64,000 nt of DNA from an uncultured Chloroflexia bacterium (lineage in GTDB: Bacteria; Chloroflexota; Anaerolineae; JAAYZQ01). The notes beneath the pieces are model-generated. The model ran no database searches, had not been told where the DNA came from, and saw nothing but the letters and a program-made list of their open reading frames with translations. Of this stretch, positions 49,702 to 59,436 are shown piece by piece. Made by a program: the position numbers and the translations under genes. Location: contig CAVOXA010000015.1 of assembly GCA_963700285.1 (NCBI GenBank), forward strand, positions 160,001 through 224,000. Reading direction: 5' to 3'. The stretch's first letter is position 1; each line of letters begins with the position of its first letter.

Positions 49702-51245
49702 GGGTCTTGACCTCCCTCCACGGCCTCACTCTGCCGGTACAGGGTCAGCCATAGCGCCTCCTGCGTCACGGAAGGCGCAGGCCGTTGGCTTGTGAAATCG
49801 CGGACGGGTTGGTAGGCAGTCCGAAACCAAGCGCTTTCAGCGATCCCGGCAAAAGAGTCCCTGTGCAGCAGAACATATTCTGGCAGGTAGGCCCGAATGG
49901 TCCAGGCGGCCGAATCCTGATAAGTAGTGGCGGAGGTGAACTGGCGTGCTACTTGTGGCTGGATAAGCCCGGCAAAGTCGACGATGGGACGCTGAGCATA
50001 GTAGCCGATGATACCCACCTCCAACGCTCCGATACTGGCCCCTGGTGGTGTGTGTTCTTGGATCCATTGGCCGATCTCATGGTACACCTCGTACCTGGGA
50101 TCGGAATGCCAACTGGTCCTAATCACATCCGTCAGCAATGGTACGAGCAGTGCCACCAGGAGCAGCCCGGTCGAGAACATCACAAGAGACCGGGATAGTC
50201 TTGCCCGTGCCAGCATGTTGAGCAGCGTGACCGTCCCCTCAGCCACCAGTACCACAAATGCTGGTACCAAGGGAGCATAGTACCAGAAATAGCGGCTGAC
50301 GCCCAAAAGGGTATAGGCCAGGAAGTAGAGTGCAGTCCATGCCAGGAGTGGTATCCAGTGTCTCCTCTTTCTCAATATCCAGTATAGACCCACCAGGGCC
50401 AGGATTGCATGCAGCCAGTAGAAGGGCTGGCGGCCATACTGGCCCACCAGATCCAGAAAGCCAGCTCCGAACCGCATGCTGGCGGCCATCTGCCCCTGCT
50501 GCTGTTTGGCCAGTAGTGTGATTGGCAAAGGTGAGCCAAAGTAGAGCCAGATTCCGGTATAGAAGGTCCCAACAAGAACAGCATACACGATCACGGATCG
50601 CCAGGGTATGGGCTGGCGACGAAAGAGATGAACTATCCCGAGTGCCACCGCCGCAATGACCCCGTCGGGACGGACCATGGCGGACAGAGCAAGCACAGCA
50701 GCCGAGAGCCCGGTGCGAGAACGATCGTAGGCCCACAGTCCACTCAGGATCAGCATTGTCGAAAACAGAGTCTCTGCACCAAAGGTCAGGAACAACAGGG
50801 GCCAGAGACAGAGTAGCAGCCCCGCAAGCATGCCGGTGGCTTTCTCACCCCGGCCCTGCCCCCATGCATACAGAATGAGCGCGCTCAGTACGAGGGATAG
50901 GGCGCTCAGGGCATTGCCAAGGCTTGGAAGATCTGTCCATGCCCAGCCCAGCCCAGCCAGCAGGACAGCATACAGAGGAGCTGTTGTACTCAGTGTCCTC
51001 TGCCCAACATTGTACACGAACCCGTTGCCAGCTAGCAGATTGCTGGCATAGCGAAAGGTGATATATGGGTCATCGTAGGCCCACCGGCCGAAAAGTGAGA
51101 GCAACAGCGCCAGCGTCAGTGCTGCCAGGGCCACGGCGACAGATTGCAGGCGGCGATCTGAGAGCTGCGCGGAAGTTCTGGATTGGCTTGCAGACAGCCA
51201 TTGCCGGTGAACAGCTTGTTGTCCAGGCTCGGATTTCGCGTCCAC
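49698..51245 (-). CDS. Polytopic membrane GT-C-like glycosyltransferase (ArnT/PMT/arabinofuranosyltransferase-like)
   Basis: YDDPYITFRYA..GNGFVYN after the first TM, VRPDG, many TMs, GIIGYY..DFAGL. Confidence 0.75.
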   Translation of the reverse strand: MDAKSEPGQQAVHRQWLSASQSRTSAQLSDRRLQSVAVALAALTLALLLSLFGRWAYDDPYITFRYASNLLAGNGFVYNVGQRTLSTTAPLYAVLLAGLGWAWTDLPSLGNALSALSLVLSALILYAWGQGRGEKATGMLAGLLLCLWPLLFLTFGAETLFSTMLILSGLWAYDRSRTGLSAAVLALSAMVRPDGVIAAVALGIVHLFRRQPIPWRSVIVYAVLVGTFYTGIWLYFGSPLPITLLAKQQQGQMAASMRFGAGFLDLVGQYGRQPFYWLHAILALVGLYWILRKRRHWIPLLAWTALYFLAYTLLGVSRYFWYYAPLVPAFVVLVAEGTVTLLNMLARARLSRSLVMFSTGLLLVALLVPLLTDVIRTSWHSDPRYEVYHEIGQWIQEHTPPGASIGALEVGIIGYYAQRPIVDFAGLIQPQVARQFTSATTYQDSAAWTIRAYLPEYVLLHRDSFAGIAESAWFRTAYQPVRDFTSQRPAPSVTQEALWLTLYRQSEAVEGGQDP

Positions 51246-51253
51246 AACCGACG

Positions 51254-51282
51254 ATTATAGCACTCTTGGGTCAACTCGCCAA
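51254..51282 (-). promoter_or_regulatory. Putative extended -10 promoter, nearly leaderless, for the glycan operon
   Basis: TTGGCG-17 bp-TATAAT with TG, about 8 nt upstream of GTG 51245. Confidence 0.5.
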
Positions 51283-51513
51283 ATGGCTAGAGCGTGTTTT
51301 CAGCGCACCGCCAGCGGTACAAAGATGAGATGCGCCGTCTTGCAGGTAAAAGACTGGGGTGGAATGTAAAAGCTGTCCCAGGTCAAGGGCTGGATCGTTA
51401 CTCTATAGTCAGTAAGGTAGGAGGTGTAGAAGAGGTCTGTACTGGTCGTCAGCAAGATGCTCGGCCTCGCTCACACCGGAAACGCCTGTAGCGCCTGCGT
51501 AGCACGGGTAAGT

Positions 51514-53058
51514 TCAAGGCGCCAACTCCACGTAGATGGGATTCCCTATTGAGATGGTATTGCCGGTAGGCGTGATATTCCTGCCGTACTTGTCGTACAC
51601 CCCATGAACACCAGCAGGCAGGTCGACTCTATGTGATTGCTCATCGGGCGCCCACAAGACCCATATCCGCCTTTCTGGCGCAGAAAATTCGTAACCGCGC
51701 AGTTCAGGGTATTGAACCACCAAACTACTGAAAGAAGCGCCAGCCAGTTCCTCGCTCAGAAAGCTCAGAGCATGATAGGCTGGCCCGGGTACTTGGCCAG
51801 CGTCTAGCATGCCGCCGTGCCGCCAGCCCGGGCCCTCAAACTGGTACCAGATTGTGCCCAGCAGGCCCTCTGCCCAGTTTCGGACAAACAACCAGACCAC
51901 ATAGTCTGCTTGGGTTTCATAGAAAGCAGCCTGTGGAGGATTACAGAGGGGATGGTTTGGATGACAAAGAAGTGAGCCTTCAGTGTGCATAAGCGGTTTG
52001 TCCACGCCATAGGCAGCCATAGCTTCGCGCAGGAAGTTGATCTTGCCCAGGACCACGCCGCCCCGGTCTTCCCAGGATGGGAAATGCTCATCCCATGGTA
52101 GCGAGCCGTCGTACAGCGCATAGCCGTGAAAGCTGACAACGTCAAAGTAGTTGCCACCCCCATTGCGCAAGATCCCCTCCAAGAACTTGGCTGGTTTGCA
52201 GTCCTTGCCCTGCGGTGGATGGGTGGGGTCGCAATCCAGCAGCAATCCACCGATGAGCACCTGGGCTTCGGGATCTGCGTCTTTGATGGCAGGATAGGCG
52301 ACCTTCAGCATCTCGGCATAGTAGCCGCCGCCATAGTAGGGGTCATTCTCATCACCCCAACAACCGAGTACGCTGTGCGGTTCTACCAGCCTGGGGTCAA
52401 CGTCCGGCTCGTTGCCCAACTCCCAATACTGGATGTTGTAGGGCTCCTGGCTGTAGCGCTTTACCAGAGAGGTGAGGAAGTGGGCGTACTCGTCCAGCGC
52501 ATCCTGTTTGATAGGGCCGCAGAAGGTTCCAGACACCTTCTGGGCCCATTCTGGCGTGAACTTGACCGCAGCAATGACCTGCATGCCTGCATCGGCCGCG
52601 TTTCTCAGGCTGGCTTCATCTACCGCCTGCCAGTTGTAGGCGGGTGGATCCGCGGACACCGGTTCTATCCTATCCCAGTGGAAGACATCGAAGCGCATCC
52701 AATGTACCCCGGCCTCTTTGGCCCAGTCCAGGCCATGCGCTTGATCGATCTGGTGCATCTGGGAGCCAATGACTGGTGGCTGCAAGGGGGGCTCCGGGGC
52801 AGCAACGACCGAGGAGGATCCGGCCACCGGCTTGGTGCGCATCTCCGGTATCGCGGTGGCGGTCATGCTAAGCGAAGCCTTTGCTAGGGCAGTGGGGTTC
52901 GGTGTCAGAGTTGCGCCTGGGCTCCGCCCTGGCAAAGGACTAGTAGGCAGTTGTGCGGAGGCGCTCCCCGCGCTAATTTCAGCAGAGGTAGCGAGCTCTC
53001 CCGCTTGTCCACAGCCAGCCAAGAGGCAAGTGAGGAGCAGTGCGACAAGGGCGAACAT
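51514..53058 (-). CDS. Lipoprotein clan GH-A glycoside hydrolase (GH5/GH39-like); start uncertain
   Basis: LAGC lipobox, P/T/S linker, WELGNEPD, SFHGY, MHTEG. Confidence 0.8.
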   Translation of the reverse strand: MFALVALLLTCLLAGCGQAGELATSAEISAGSASAQLPTSPLPGRSPGATLTPNPTALAKASLSMTATAIPEMRTKPVAGSSSVVAAPEPPLQPPVIGSQMHQIDQAHGLDWAKEAGVHWMRFDVFHWDRIEPVSADPPAYNWQAVDEASLRNAADAGMQVIAAVKFTPEWAQKVSGTFCGPIKQDALDEYAHFLTSLVKRYSQEPYNIQYWELGNEPDVDPRLVEPHSVLGCWGDENDPYYGGGYYAEMLKVAYPAIKDADPEAQVLIGGLLLDCDPTHPPQGKDCKPAKFLEGILRNGGGNYFDVVSFHGYALYDGSLPWDEHFPSWEDRGGVVLGKINFLREAMAAYGVDKPLMHTEGSLLCHPNHPLCNPPQAAFYETQADYVVWLFVRNWAEGLLGTIWYQFEGPGWRHGGMLDAGQVPGPAYHALSFLSEELAGASFSSLVVQYPELRGYEFSAPERRIWVLWAPDEQSHRVDLPAGVHGVYDKYGRNITPTGNTISIGNPIYVELAP

Positions 53059-53257
53059 CCAGTTTCCAGCCAGTGCCACTGTGTTGCGTGCTCGCCATGG
53101 CCATTTGTCCGTCTGACTTCTCAGAGACGGCAGATCGCAGTGGACCAGCAGGTCAGTGGCGATTCTGCGGTTCGTGCTGTCAGCTCTGTTGTCTCTTTGA
53201 GCAGAGCCCGTGTCTGCGCCCAATGCTGCGGCTCCCAGAGTCAGGAACCAGAAGGTC

Positions 53258-54757
53258 TCAAGGCGCCAACTCGACATAGATCGGGCTCTTTACCGTAACC
53301 TTTCCACCAACCGGTGCAACGGGCACGCCATACTTGTCGTACACCTTGTTCGCGCCTGCAGGCAGGGTGATGGGATGCGGTTGTTCATCAGGCGCCCACA
53401 GGACCCATATCCTCTTCCCCGGGGCAGAGAACTCGTAGGCCCGCAGGCCGGAATACCTGGTTACGGCTTTCTCGTACTTGGCCCCGTCCAGTTCCTGAGA
53501 CAGAAACTTGAGGGCATCGTAGGCTGGTTTGGATTGCTGATTCTCATCCAGCAGTCCGCTGTGTCGCCAGCCAGAACCCTCAAAGTGATACCAGATCGTC
53601 GCGTGCAGGCCTTGGGCCCAGTTGCGGACAAAAAGCCAGACGACATAATCCGCCTGCTGCTGGAAGAATTCCGGTTGTGGGGGATTGCAGAAGGGGCTGT
53701 TCTCATGACACAGCAGCCCTCCTTCGGTGTGCATTAAGGGTTTGTCCACGCCATAGGCGGACATGACCTCACGCAGAAAGTCAATCCTGCCCAGGACCGC
53801 GCCGCCCCGAGCTGCCCATGTGGGATAAAGCTCATCCCATTGGAGCGCGCCGTTGTACAGGTGATAGCCATGAAAGCTGACAATGTCAAAATAGTTCCCG
53901 CCCCCATTGCTCAAGATCCCCTCCAGGAACTTTGCTGGCTTGCAGTCCTGGCCCTGAGGTGGATGGGTGGGGTCGCAATCCAACAGCAATCCGCCGATGA
54001 GCACCTGGGCTCTTGGATCTGCGGCCTTGATGGCGGGATAAGCAGCCTTCAGCATCTCGGCATAGTAGCCCCCGCCGTAGTAGGGGTCCTGGAAATCTCC
54101 CCAACAACCAAAGATTTGTCGTGGCCCAACCCAGGCTGGGTCCACGTCGGGCTCATTGCCCAACTCCCAATAATGGATGTTGTAGGGCCCCTGGCTGTAA
54201 CGCTTGACCAATGCAGTAAGGAACTGGGCGTACTCGCCCAGCACATCCTGCCTGATAGGCCCACAGAAGGAGCCGGGTACCTTCTGGGCCCACGCTGGCG
54301 TGTACTTGATTGTCCCGATGATCTGCAGACCCTCATCAGCCGCATTTCTGAGGCTGACCTCGTCCACTGTTTGCCAGTCATAGGTAGATGTTCTCGTGGG
54401 CTGTATCCGGTCCCAATCAAAAGCAGGGAAGCGTACCCAATGCACGCCAGCATCGCCGGCTAGCCCCGCGTGCTGCGAACTGACGCTCTTCATCTCTGTC
54501 CCAAAGATGGGCGGAGGTAGAGGATAACTCCTAGCTATCAATGGCAGGTAGGCAGCATTCTCATTGGAAGCCGGTGCCACTCCAGGAGATATGTCAGGAT
54601 CGCCCGAGTAGATCGCCCGAGTTGCCTCTACGTTCACAGAAGCATGGCTTGTCAAGCCCATTGACCAAGCAGCCGCAAGCAGCCCCCCTGTCATGACTGC
54701 TGCCATTGCCAAAGAAACTACCTGTCTTCTGAATATCCCAGTTCGCCGCTGCATCAT
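53258..54757 (-). CDS. Secreted clan GH-A glycoside hydrolase, paralogue of 51514..53058
   Basis: Signal peptide, YLPLIAR motif, WELGNEPD, SFHGY, MHTEG. Confidence 0.85.
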   Translation of the reverse strand: MMQRRTGIFRRQVVSLAMAAVMTGGLLAAAWSMGLTSHASVNVEATRAIYSGDPDISPGVAPASNENAAYLPLIARSYPLPPPIFGTEMKSVSSQHAGLAGDAGVHWVRFPAFDWDRIQPTRTSTYDWQTVDEVSLRNAADEGLQIIGTIKYTPAWAQKVPGSFCGPIRQDVLGEYAQFLTALVKRYSQGPYNIHYWELGNEPDVDPAWVGPRQIFGCWGDFQDPYYGGGYYAEMLKAAYPAIKAADPRAQVLIGGLLLDCDPTHPPQGQDCKPAKFLEGILSNGGGNYFDIVSFHGYHLYNGALQWDELYPTWAARGGAVLGRIDFLREVMSAYGVDKPLMHTEGGLLCHENSPFCNPPQPEFFQQQADYVVWLFVRNWAQGLHATIWYHFEGSGWRHSGLLDENQQSKPAYDALKFLSQELDGAKYEKAVTRYSGLRAYEFSAPGKRIWVLWAPDEQPHPITLPAGANKVYDKYGVPVAPVGGKVTVKSPIYVELAP

Positions 54758-54980
54758 CCACCCCCTACCAGAGTAATAGGTATGCCTGATCGTCTCAAAC
54801 AAGGCCCCAGTATACCACAGCGACTGGAATACGCAAAAGGACCATCGGCGACTGCAGGACAAGTAGCGCCTCTCTTCCAAGGCACGTTGGGGCTGGCACA
54901 CAGGGGCAGGCGCATTTGCACTATGGCCGATTCTGTTTATGACAATCTAAAAGAGGCTCTTCCGCATTTTTCGTAAAAGC

Positions 54981-56116
54981 GTGACTGCTCAGGATGCGCG
55001 CCGTTGCCTCCACGACCTGGTCAGCAAAGGGGATCCGATGGCCGCTATCTTGGCCTCTGCCCTGGCCGTCCACCGACCGGATTCAAGGGAGAGGACTACC
55101 ATCTGGATGAGCGCCGTGACGGCAAGCCACACATTGTGCAGCGCTGGGTGCCAGATCCTGAAGTCTGGCCCAGGGCCAAGAAGGCTTGGGAGATGCGGGC
55201 TGCCGGTACCAGCTATGAAACCATCCTGGCCGAAACTCGCCTGTTCAAGACCAAGGGCTGCTTCAGCACCTTCTTTGCCAGAGATCTATCTTGGCAGATT
55301 GGTCTTTGGCGATGAACGCTACGAGGACTTTGTGCCGGCGCTGGTCGATCAGGATACGTGGGATGCGGTGCAGGCCCGTCGATACAAGCGGCCCAAACGA
55401 GGAGGAAAACACCCGGTGAAGAACGCCAAGCAGCAGGGCAGCCCCTACCTGCTATCGGGGGTGGCAGAATTTGGCTACTGCGGTGCGGTCATGGTAGGGG
55501 GAAAGGACAATGTCAACACCCGGCCGAATCCCTGGGTGTACTATCTCTGTGGACGCAAGAGACGAGAGGGCTACAGTTCCTGCGAGGGGCGAAAGACCGA
55601 CACGGAAGTCATCCATCAGACGGTGCTCGAGTACGTCCTCACCGAGGTCCTCACCGAGCCGGTCCTGCGGCGGACGCAGGAGCAGATCAATGAGGCCCTG
55701 GTCGAGGAGATACCCAACCTCGAAGAGGATCTGATGGCTACTCGTGCCGAGTTGCGTAGACTGGATCAGTCCATCGAGCGATTGCTGGATGCTATCGAAG
55801 CAGGTGACAGCCGCCGTGCCTGGCAACGGCTGGAAGAACGGGAGACCGAGCGGGACCTGATTGCTGCCCGCATCGCTGCCCTTGAGGTGCGGCAGAGTCA
55901 GGGCCAGATCCGGATCGACGATGCGGCTTTGAAGGCTCTTATCGAGGAGATGCGAGACGATTTGCTCAGTGAGGACGTGGCCGTTGCTCGCTCGATACTG
56001 AAGCAGTTGGTGGTCAAACTCAAGGTGAAAAATGAAGGGGAAACGCTCACTTGGACGCTCCCCCGCGTGACAGGTTTTTGGTCAGTGCTCCCAGGGAAAT
56101 CTGAATCCCTGTCGCC
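54981..56116 (+). pseudogene. Large serine recombinase relic lacking the catalytic N-terminal domain, frameshifted
   Basis: PPTGF.., EIYLG, ALVDQDTWDAVQ, YLLSG..GYCG, YYLC..C ribbon and coiled coil; no Y.R.S resolvase motif upstream. Confidence 0.8.
56085..56116 (-). mobile_element. Degenerate tRNA 3'-end fragment (att-site remnant)
   Basis: The minus strand reads GGCGACAGGGATTCAGATTTCCCTGGGAGCAC, resembling a T-arm plus acceptor strand, right at the recombinase C-terminus. Confidence 0.55.
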
Positions 56117-56151
56117 AACTTCCCATGATCTGAGTGGGAGTGAGGCCAGAA

Positions 56152-57270
56152 CTACCTCATTGCAAAAAAGAACCGGACCAGTTGGATCACTTGAGCCACC
56201 TCATAGTCGCTCAATTGGGGAAAGATGGGTAGCGACAGGATCTCGGAAGCGGCATTCTCGGCATTGGGACAGGACCCCTGCTCGTAGCCCAGATACGCGT
56301 AGGCCCCTTGATGGTGAACGCCCTGAGGATAGTGGACACCGGTCTTGACCCTGGCCCCGGCCAGATAGTCACGCAGCGCCTCCCTCCAGGGCGTTCGCAC
56401 CACGTACAGGTGATAGACGTGTTCCACGTCGCTGGGCACAGCTGGCAGCGCCAGATCCTCGAAACCGCCCAGACCGGCGTCGTAGCGGGCCGCCACCGCC
56501 CGGCGCCGCTGGCTCCAGGCGTCGAGGTGGGGCAGCTTGGCCCGTAGGATGGCGGCCTGGATCTCGTCCAGGCGACTGTTGGTACCCAACAGATCGTGCT
56601 GGTAGGTGCCCCGCTGACCGCCATGGCGCAGCACCCGAACCTTTTCGGCCAACACGGCGTCATCGGTGACAACGGCCCCCGCATCGCCATAGGCGCCCAG
56701 GTTCTTGCTGGGGTAGAAACTAAAGGCGGCCAGATCACCCAGTCCGCCAATGCGCTTGCCCTGGTAGCGAGCGCCGTGGGCTTGGGCTGCGTCCTCCAGT
56801 ACCAGGAGCTTGTGCCGCCGGGCGATCTCCAGGATGGGCTGCATGTCAGCCGGGCAGCCGTAGAGGTGTACGGGGATGACAGCCGCCGTTCGGGGTGTGA
56901 CGGCCGCCTCAACGGCCACCGGATCAAGGGTGTAGTACTTTGGGTCAATATCGGCAAAGACAGGTGTGGCGCCCACCAGAGAGACGGCCAGAGCCGTAAA
57001 GGCCGCCGTCAGTGCGGGGACGATTACCTCGTCGCCGGGGCCGACGCCAGCGGCCCTCAGGCCCAGGTGGAGGGCATCGGTACCATTTCCGACCCCCACG
57101 GCGTGGGCCACGCCGCAATAGCTGGCCCACGCTGCCTCGAATGCCTCGCCTTCCTCGCCCAGGATGAACCAGCCACGGCGCAGGACTCGCTCGATGGCCG
57201 TGTCGATTTCGGAGCGCAGGCGGCCATATTCCCGCCCCAGATCGCCCATAGGAATCGAGGATGGCATCAT
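56152..57270 (-). CDS. DegT/DnrJ/EryC1/StrS sugar aminotransferase
   Basis: VGNGTDAL, PVHLYG, EDAAQAHG, SFYPSKNLG, NSRLDEIQAA. Confidence 0.94.
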   Translation of the reverse strand: MMPSSIPMGDLGREYGRLRSEIDTAIERVLRRGWFILGEEGEAFEAAWASYCGVAHAVGVGNGTDALHLGLRAAGVGPGDEVIVPALTAAFTALAVSLVGATPVFADIDPKYYTLDPVAVEAAVTPRTAAVIPVHLYGCPADMQPILEIARRHKLLVLEDAAQAHGARYQGKRIGGLGDLAAFSFYPSKNLGAYGDAGAVVTDDAVLAEKVRVLRHGGQRGTYQHDLLGTNSRLDEIQAAILRAKLPHLDAWSQRRRAVAARYDAGLGGFEDLALPAVPSDVEHVYHLYVVRTPWREALRDYLAGARVKTGVHYPQGVHHQGAYAYLGYEQGSCPNAENAASEILSLPIFPQLSDYEVAQVIQLVRFFFAMR

Positions 57271-58349
57271 TCCGGATCCCAATAGTGCTGGTGGTGTGCT
57301 TGGTAGTAAGCGAGGCTCCGCCGCAGGCCCTCCTGCAGCGACACGCGGGGGCGCCAACCCAGCTTGCTGCGGATCTTGCGATAGTCGCCGTAATAGTCGC
57401 CGATGTCAATGCGCTTCCGGCTATCGGGCCAGGGCACCAGCCTGTAGCTGCCCTTCCCTGCTACCTCGACGAGAAGCTGGCCCAGGTGCAGCAAGTTGAT
57501 GGGCTCGTCGCCGCCCAGGTTATAGACCTGCCCGTTGGCCTGGTCGTCGACGGCAACGCGCAGAAGGGCATCGACCACGTCGTCCACGTGGTTAAAGTCG
57601 CGCACCTGGCGGCCATCGCCATAGATCGCCAGCTCCCCCCCCTCAACGACAATGCGCAACCACAGGCCCAGGAAGGTCTGCCGGGCATCACAGACGCGCA
57701 TCCGGGGGCCGTAGGTATTGGTCAAACGCAGAGATGTGGCCCGCACCCCATAGACATTGTTGTAGACAATGTGGTACCACTCGCCGGCCATCTTGTTAAT
57801 GCCATTCACGTCGGTGGGGTGCACCAGGTGGCGCTCGTCCACCGGCAAGTAGTCGGGCACACCATAGATCTGGCGCGTACCGGCAAAGACGACCTTTACG
57901 CCGGGGTTGTTGTAGCGGCACGATTCCAGGATGGAAAGCTGGCTGCGGCAGTTGATCTCCAGGTCGGTAAAGGGGTCGCGCATGCTGTCCAGGTGGCTGA
58001 CCTGGCCCGCCAGGTTAAAGAGATAATCCTGGCCCTGTACCAAATAGTCCATGCTGGATCGGTCGCGCACGTCGGCGATGTTGATCTGGACCTGGTCCCT
58101 GATGTCCTCCACGTTAAAGAGGTTACCGCCATACTCGGGGATGAGAGAGTCGACGATGAGCACCTCAGCGCCCAGTTTTACCAACCGCCAGGCCAGGTTG
58201 GAGCCGATGAAGCCCAGACCGCCGGTGACGAGCACCTTTTTCCCCTGAAATTGCTCCAGGTAGGCCACTCGCCCTGTCCCTTGCCAGGGGGCGCCTTGGC
58301 CCACAGCCCCACAGCCATTCTCGCGGGCGGCAACAGAACCGCTAGCCAT
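57267..58349 (-). CDS. NAD-dependent epimerase/dehydratase
   Basis: VTGGLGFIGS, NLAG, NGINK, RLTNTYGP, RDFNHVDD. Confidence 0.92.
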   Translation of the reverse strand: MASGSVAARENGCGAVGQGAPWQGTGRVAYLEQFQGKKVLVTGGLGFIGSNLAWRLVKLGAEVLIVDSLIPEYGGNLFNVEDIRDQVQINIADVRDRSSMDYLVQGQDYLFNLAGQVSHLDSMRDPFTDLEINCRSQLSILESCRYNNPGVKVVFAGTRQIYGVPDYLPVDERHLVHPTDVNGINKMAGEWYHIVYNNVYGVRATSLRLTNTYGPRMRVCDARQTFLGLWLRIVVEGGELAIYGDGRQVRDFNHVDDVVDALLRVAVDDQANGQVYNLGGDEPINLLHLGQLLVEVAGKGSYRLVPWPDSRKRIDIGDYYGDYRKIRSKLGWRPRVSLQEGLRRSLAYYQAHHQHYWDPE

Positions 58350-59122
58350 CAGATCTCACTCCCTGCTTGTCTCCGTCCGGTCAGTTGGGGCCAACGGAGT
58401 TCCCACCAGAGGGCCCAGAGCTGCTTTCCCGTACGCCAGATGCGCCGGAAGTTAAAGAATTGGCTCTTGCCGTAGGCGCGGTGGTAGTGGTGGACCGGCA
58501 CCTCGACGATGCGATAGCCTGCATCCTGAACCTTTTTCATCAACTCCACGCAGATGACGCCCGAGTCCGATTCCAGGCGGACCTGGTCAAAGACACTGCG
58601 GCGCATCAGGCGGAAATCGCAATCTACATCCCGCAGGCTGAGCCCAAAGGCCAGCTTTACGGTCCAGTGGTAGAGGCGCCCGATGAAGACCCGGTGCATC
58701 GGGTCGGAGCGGCTGATCTTGTAGCCGTTTACAAAATCCACCTGTGCGTTCCAGACCTCGTACAGTCGCGTCATTTCCTGGGGATCGTATTGGGCGTCTC
58801 CATCGGTATAGAAAACGAGATCCTTGGTGGCGCTACGAAAACCGGTGCGCAGCGCACCACCATAGCCCCGGTTCTGCTCGTGGTGGATGACGCGCAGTTC
58901 CGGGTAGCGGGCAGCCAACTCCTCCAGCACCGCAGCGGTATAATCGGCGCTTCCGTCGTTGATGACGATCACTTCATAGTCGTCTGTCAGCTCGCGCAGG
59001 GTCATCAAGGCCGTGAGAACCATGCTGGGAATGGTCCCACCGTCATTGTAGGCAGGAAAAAAGGCCGAGATACTTGGCTGTAATGGCCCGGTCTCTGCAC
59101 TTGTTGGCCGGTCGTCGGTCAT
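58349..59122 (-). CDS. GT2 polyprenol-phosphate glycosyltransferase (DPM/ArnC-like)
   Basis: FPAYND, INDGSAD, NRGYGGAL, TDGDAQ, DVDCDF. Confidence 0.9.
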   Translation of the reverse strand: MTDDRPTSAETGPLQPSISAFFPAYNDGGTIPSMVLTALMTLRELTDDYEVIVINDGSADYTAAVLEELAARYPELRVIHHEQNRGYGGALRTGFRSATKDLVFYTDGDAQYDPQEMTRLYEVWNAQVDFVNGYKISRSDPMHRVFIGRLYHWTVKLAFGLSLRDVDCDFRLMRRSVFDQVRLESDSGVICVELMKKVQDAGYRIVEVPVHHYHRAYGKSQFFNFRRIWRTGKQLWALWWELRWPQLTGRRQAGSEI

Positions 59123-59156
59123 GCCGTCTGTAGCTCCTGGGTACTTGTGCGGTGGT

Positions 59157-59246
59157 GTACCCCATCTGAAGGGCGTACCCTTTCTGAAGGGCGTACCCTT
59201 TCTGAAGGGCGTACCCTTTCTGAAGGGCGTACCCTTTCCCAAGGGC
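59157..59246. repeat. Tandem repeat, 5 x 18 bp (GTACCCTTTCTGAAGGGC)
   Basis: Three exact and two variant copies with no spacers; junctions form AAGGG-CGTA-CCCTT hairpins. Confidence 0.92.
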
Positions 59247-59284
59247 AAAGTCCCACCAAAAGGTGGAACCCCATATGTGGGGCG

Positions 59285-59313
59285 ATTATAGCACCGTTGG
59301 CAGGCAGCGTCAA
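59285..59313 (-). promoter_or_regulatory. sigma70 promoter for the GT2-epimerase-DegT operon
   Basis: TTGACG-17 bp-TATAAT with an extended -10 TG. Confidence 0.72.
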
Positions 59314-59350
59314 GGGCGGTGAACGCGGGAATTGGGGTGATCTATCGTCA

Positions 59351-59379
59351 TTGCCCCGCCTGCAGTTGTAGGGTATAAT
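59351..59379 (+). promoter_or_regulatory. Divergent sigma70 promoter for AKR-pfkB
   Basis: TTGCCC-17 bp-TATAAT. Confidence 0.6.
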
Positions 59380-59436
59380 TGGTACCCAATCGGATAGCGT
59401 TCAACATCTCTGACACTTGAAACAAGGGGGCAAACG

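Noticed and set aside
56085-56160. Intact tRNA gene
   Set aside because: Only a degenerate T-arm and acceptor fragment is present; no anticodon or D arm.
59157-59246. CRISPR array
   Set aside because: The repeats are directly adjacent with no spacers, only 18 bp long, and there are no cas genes.
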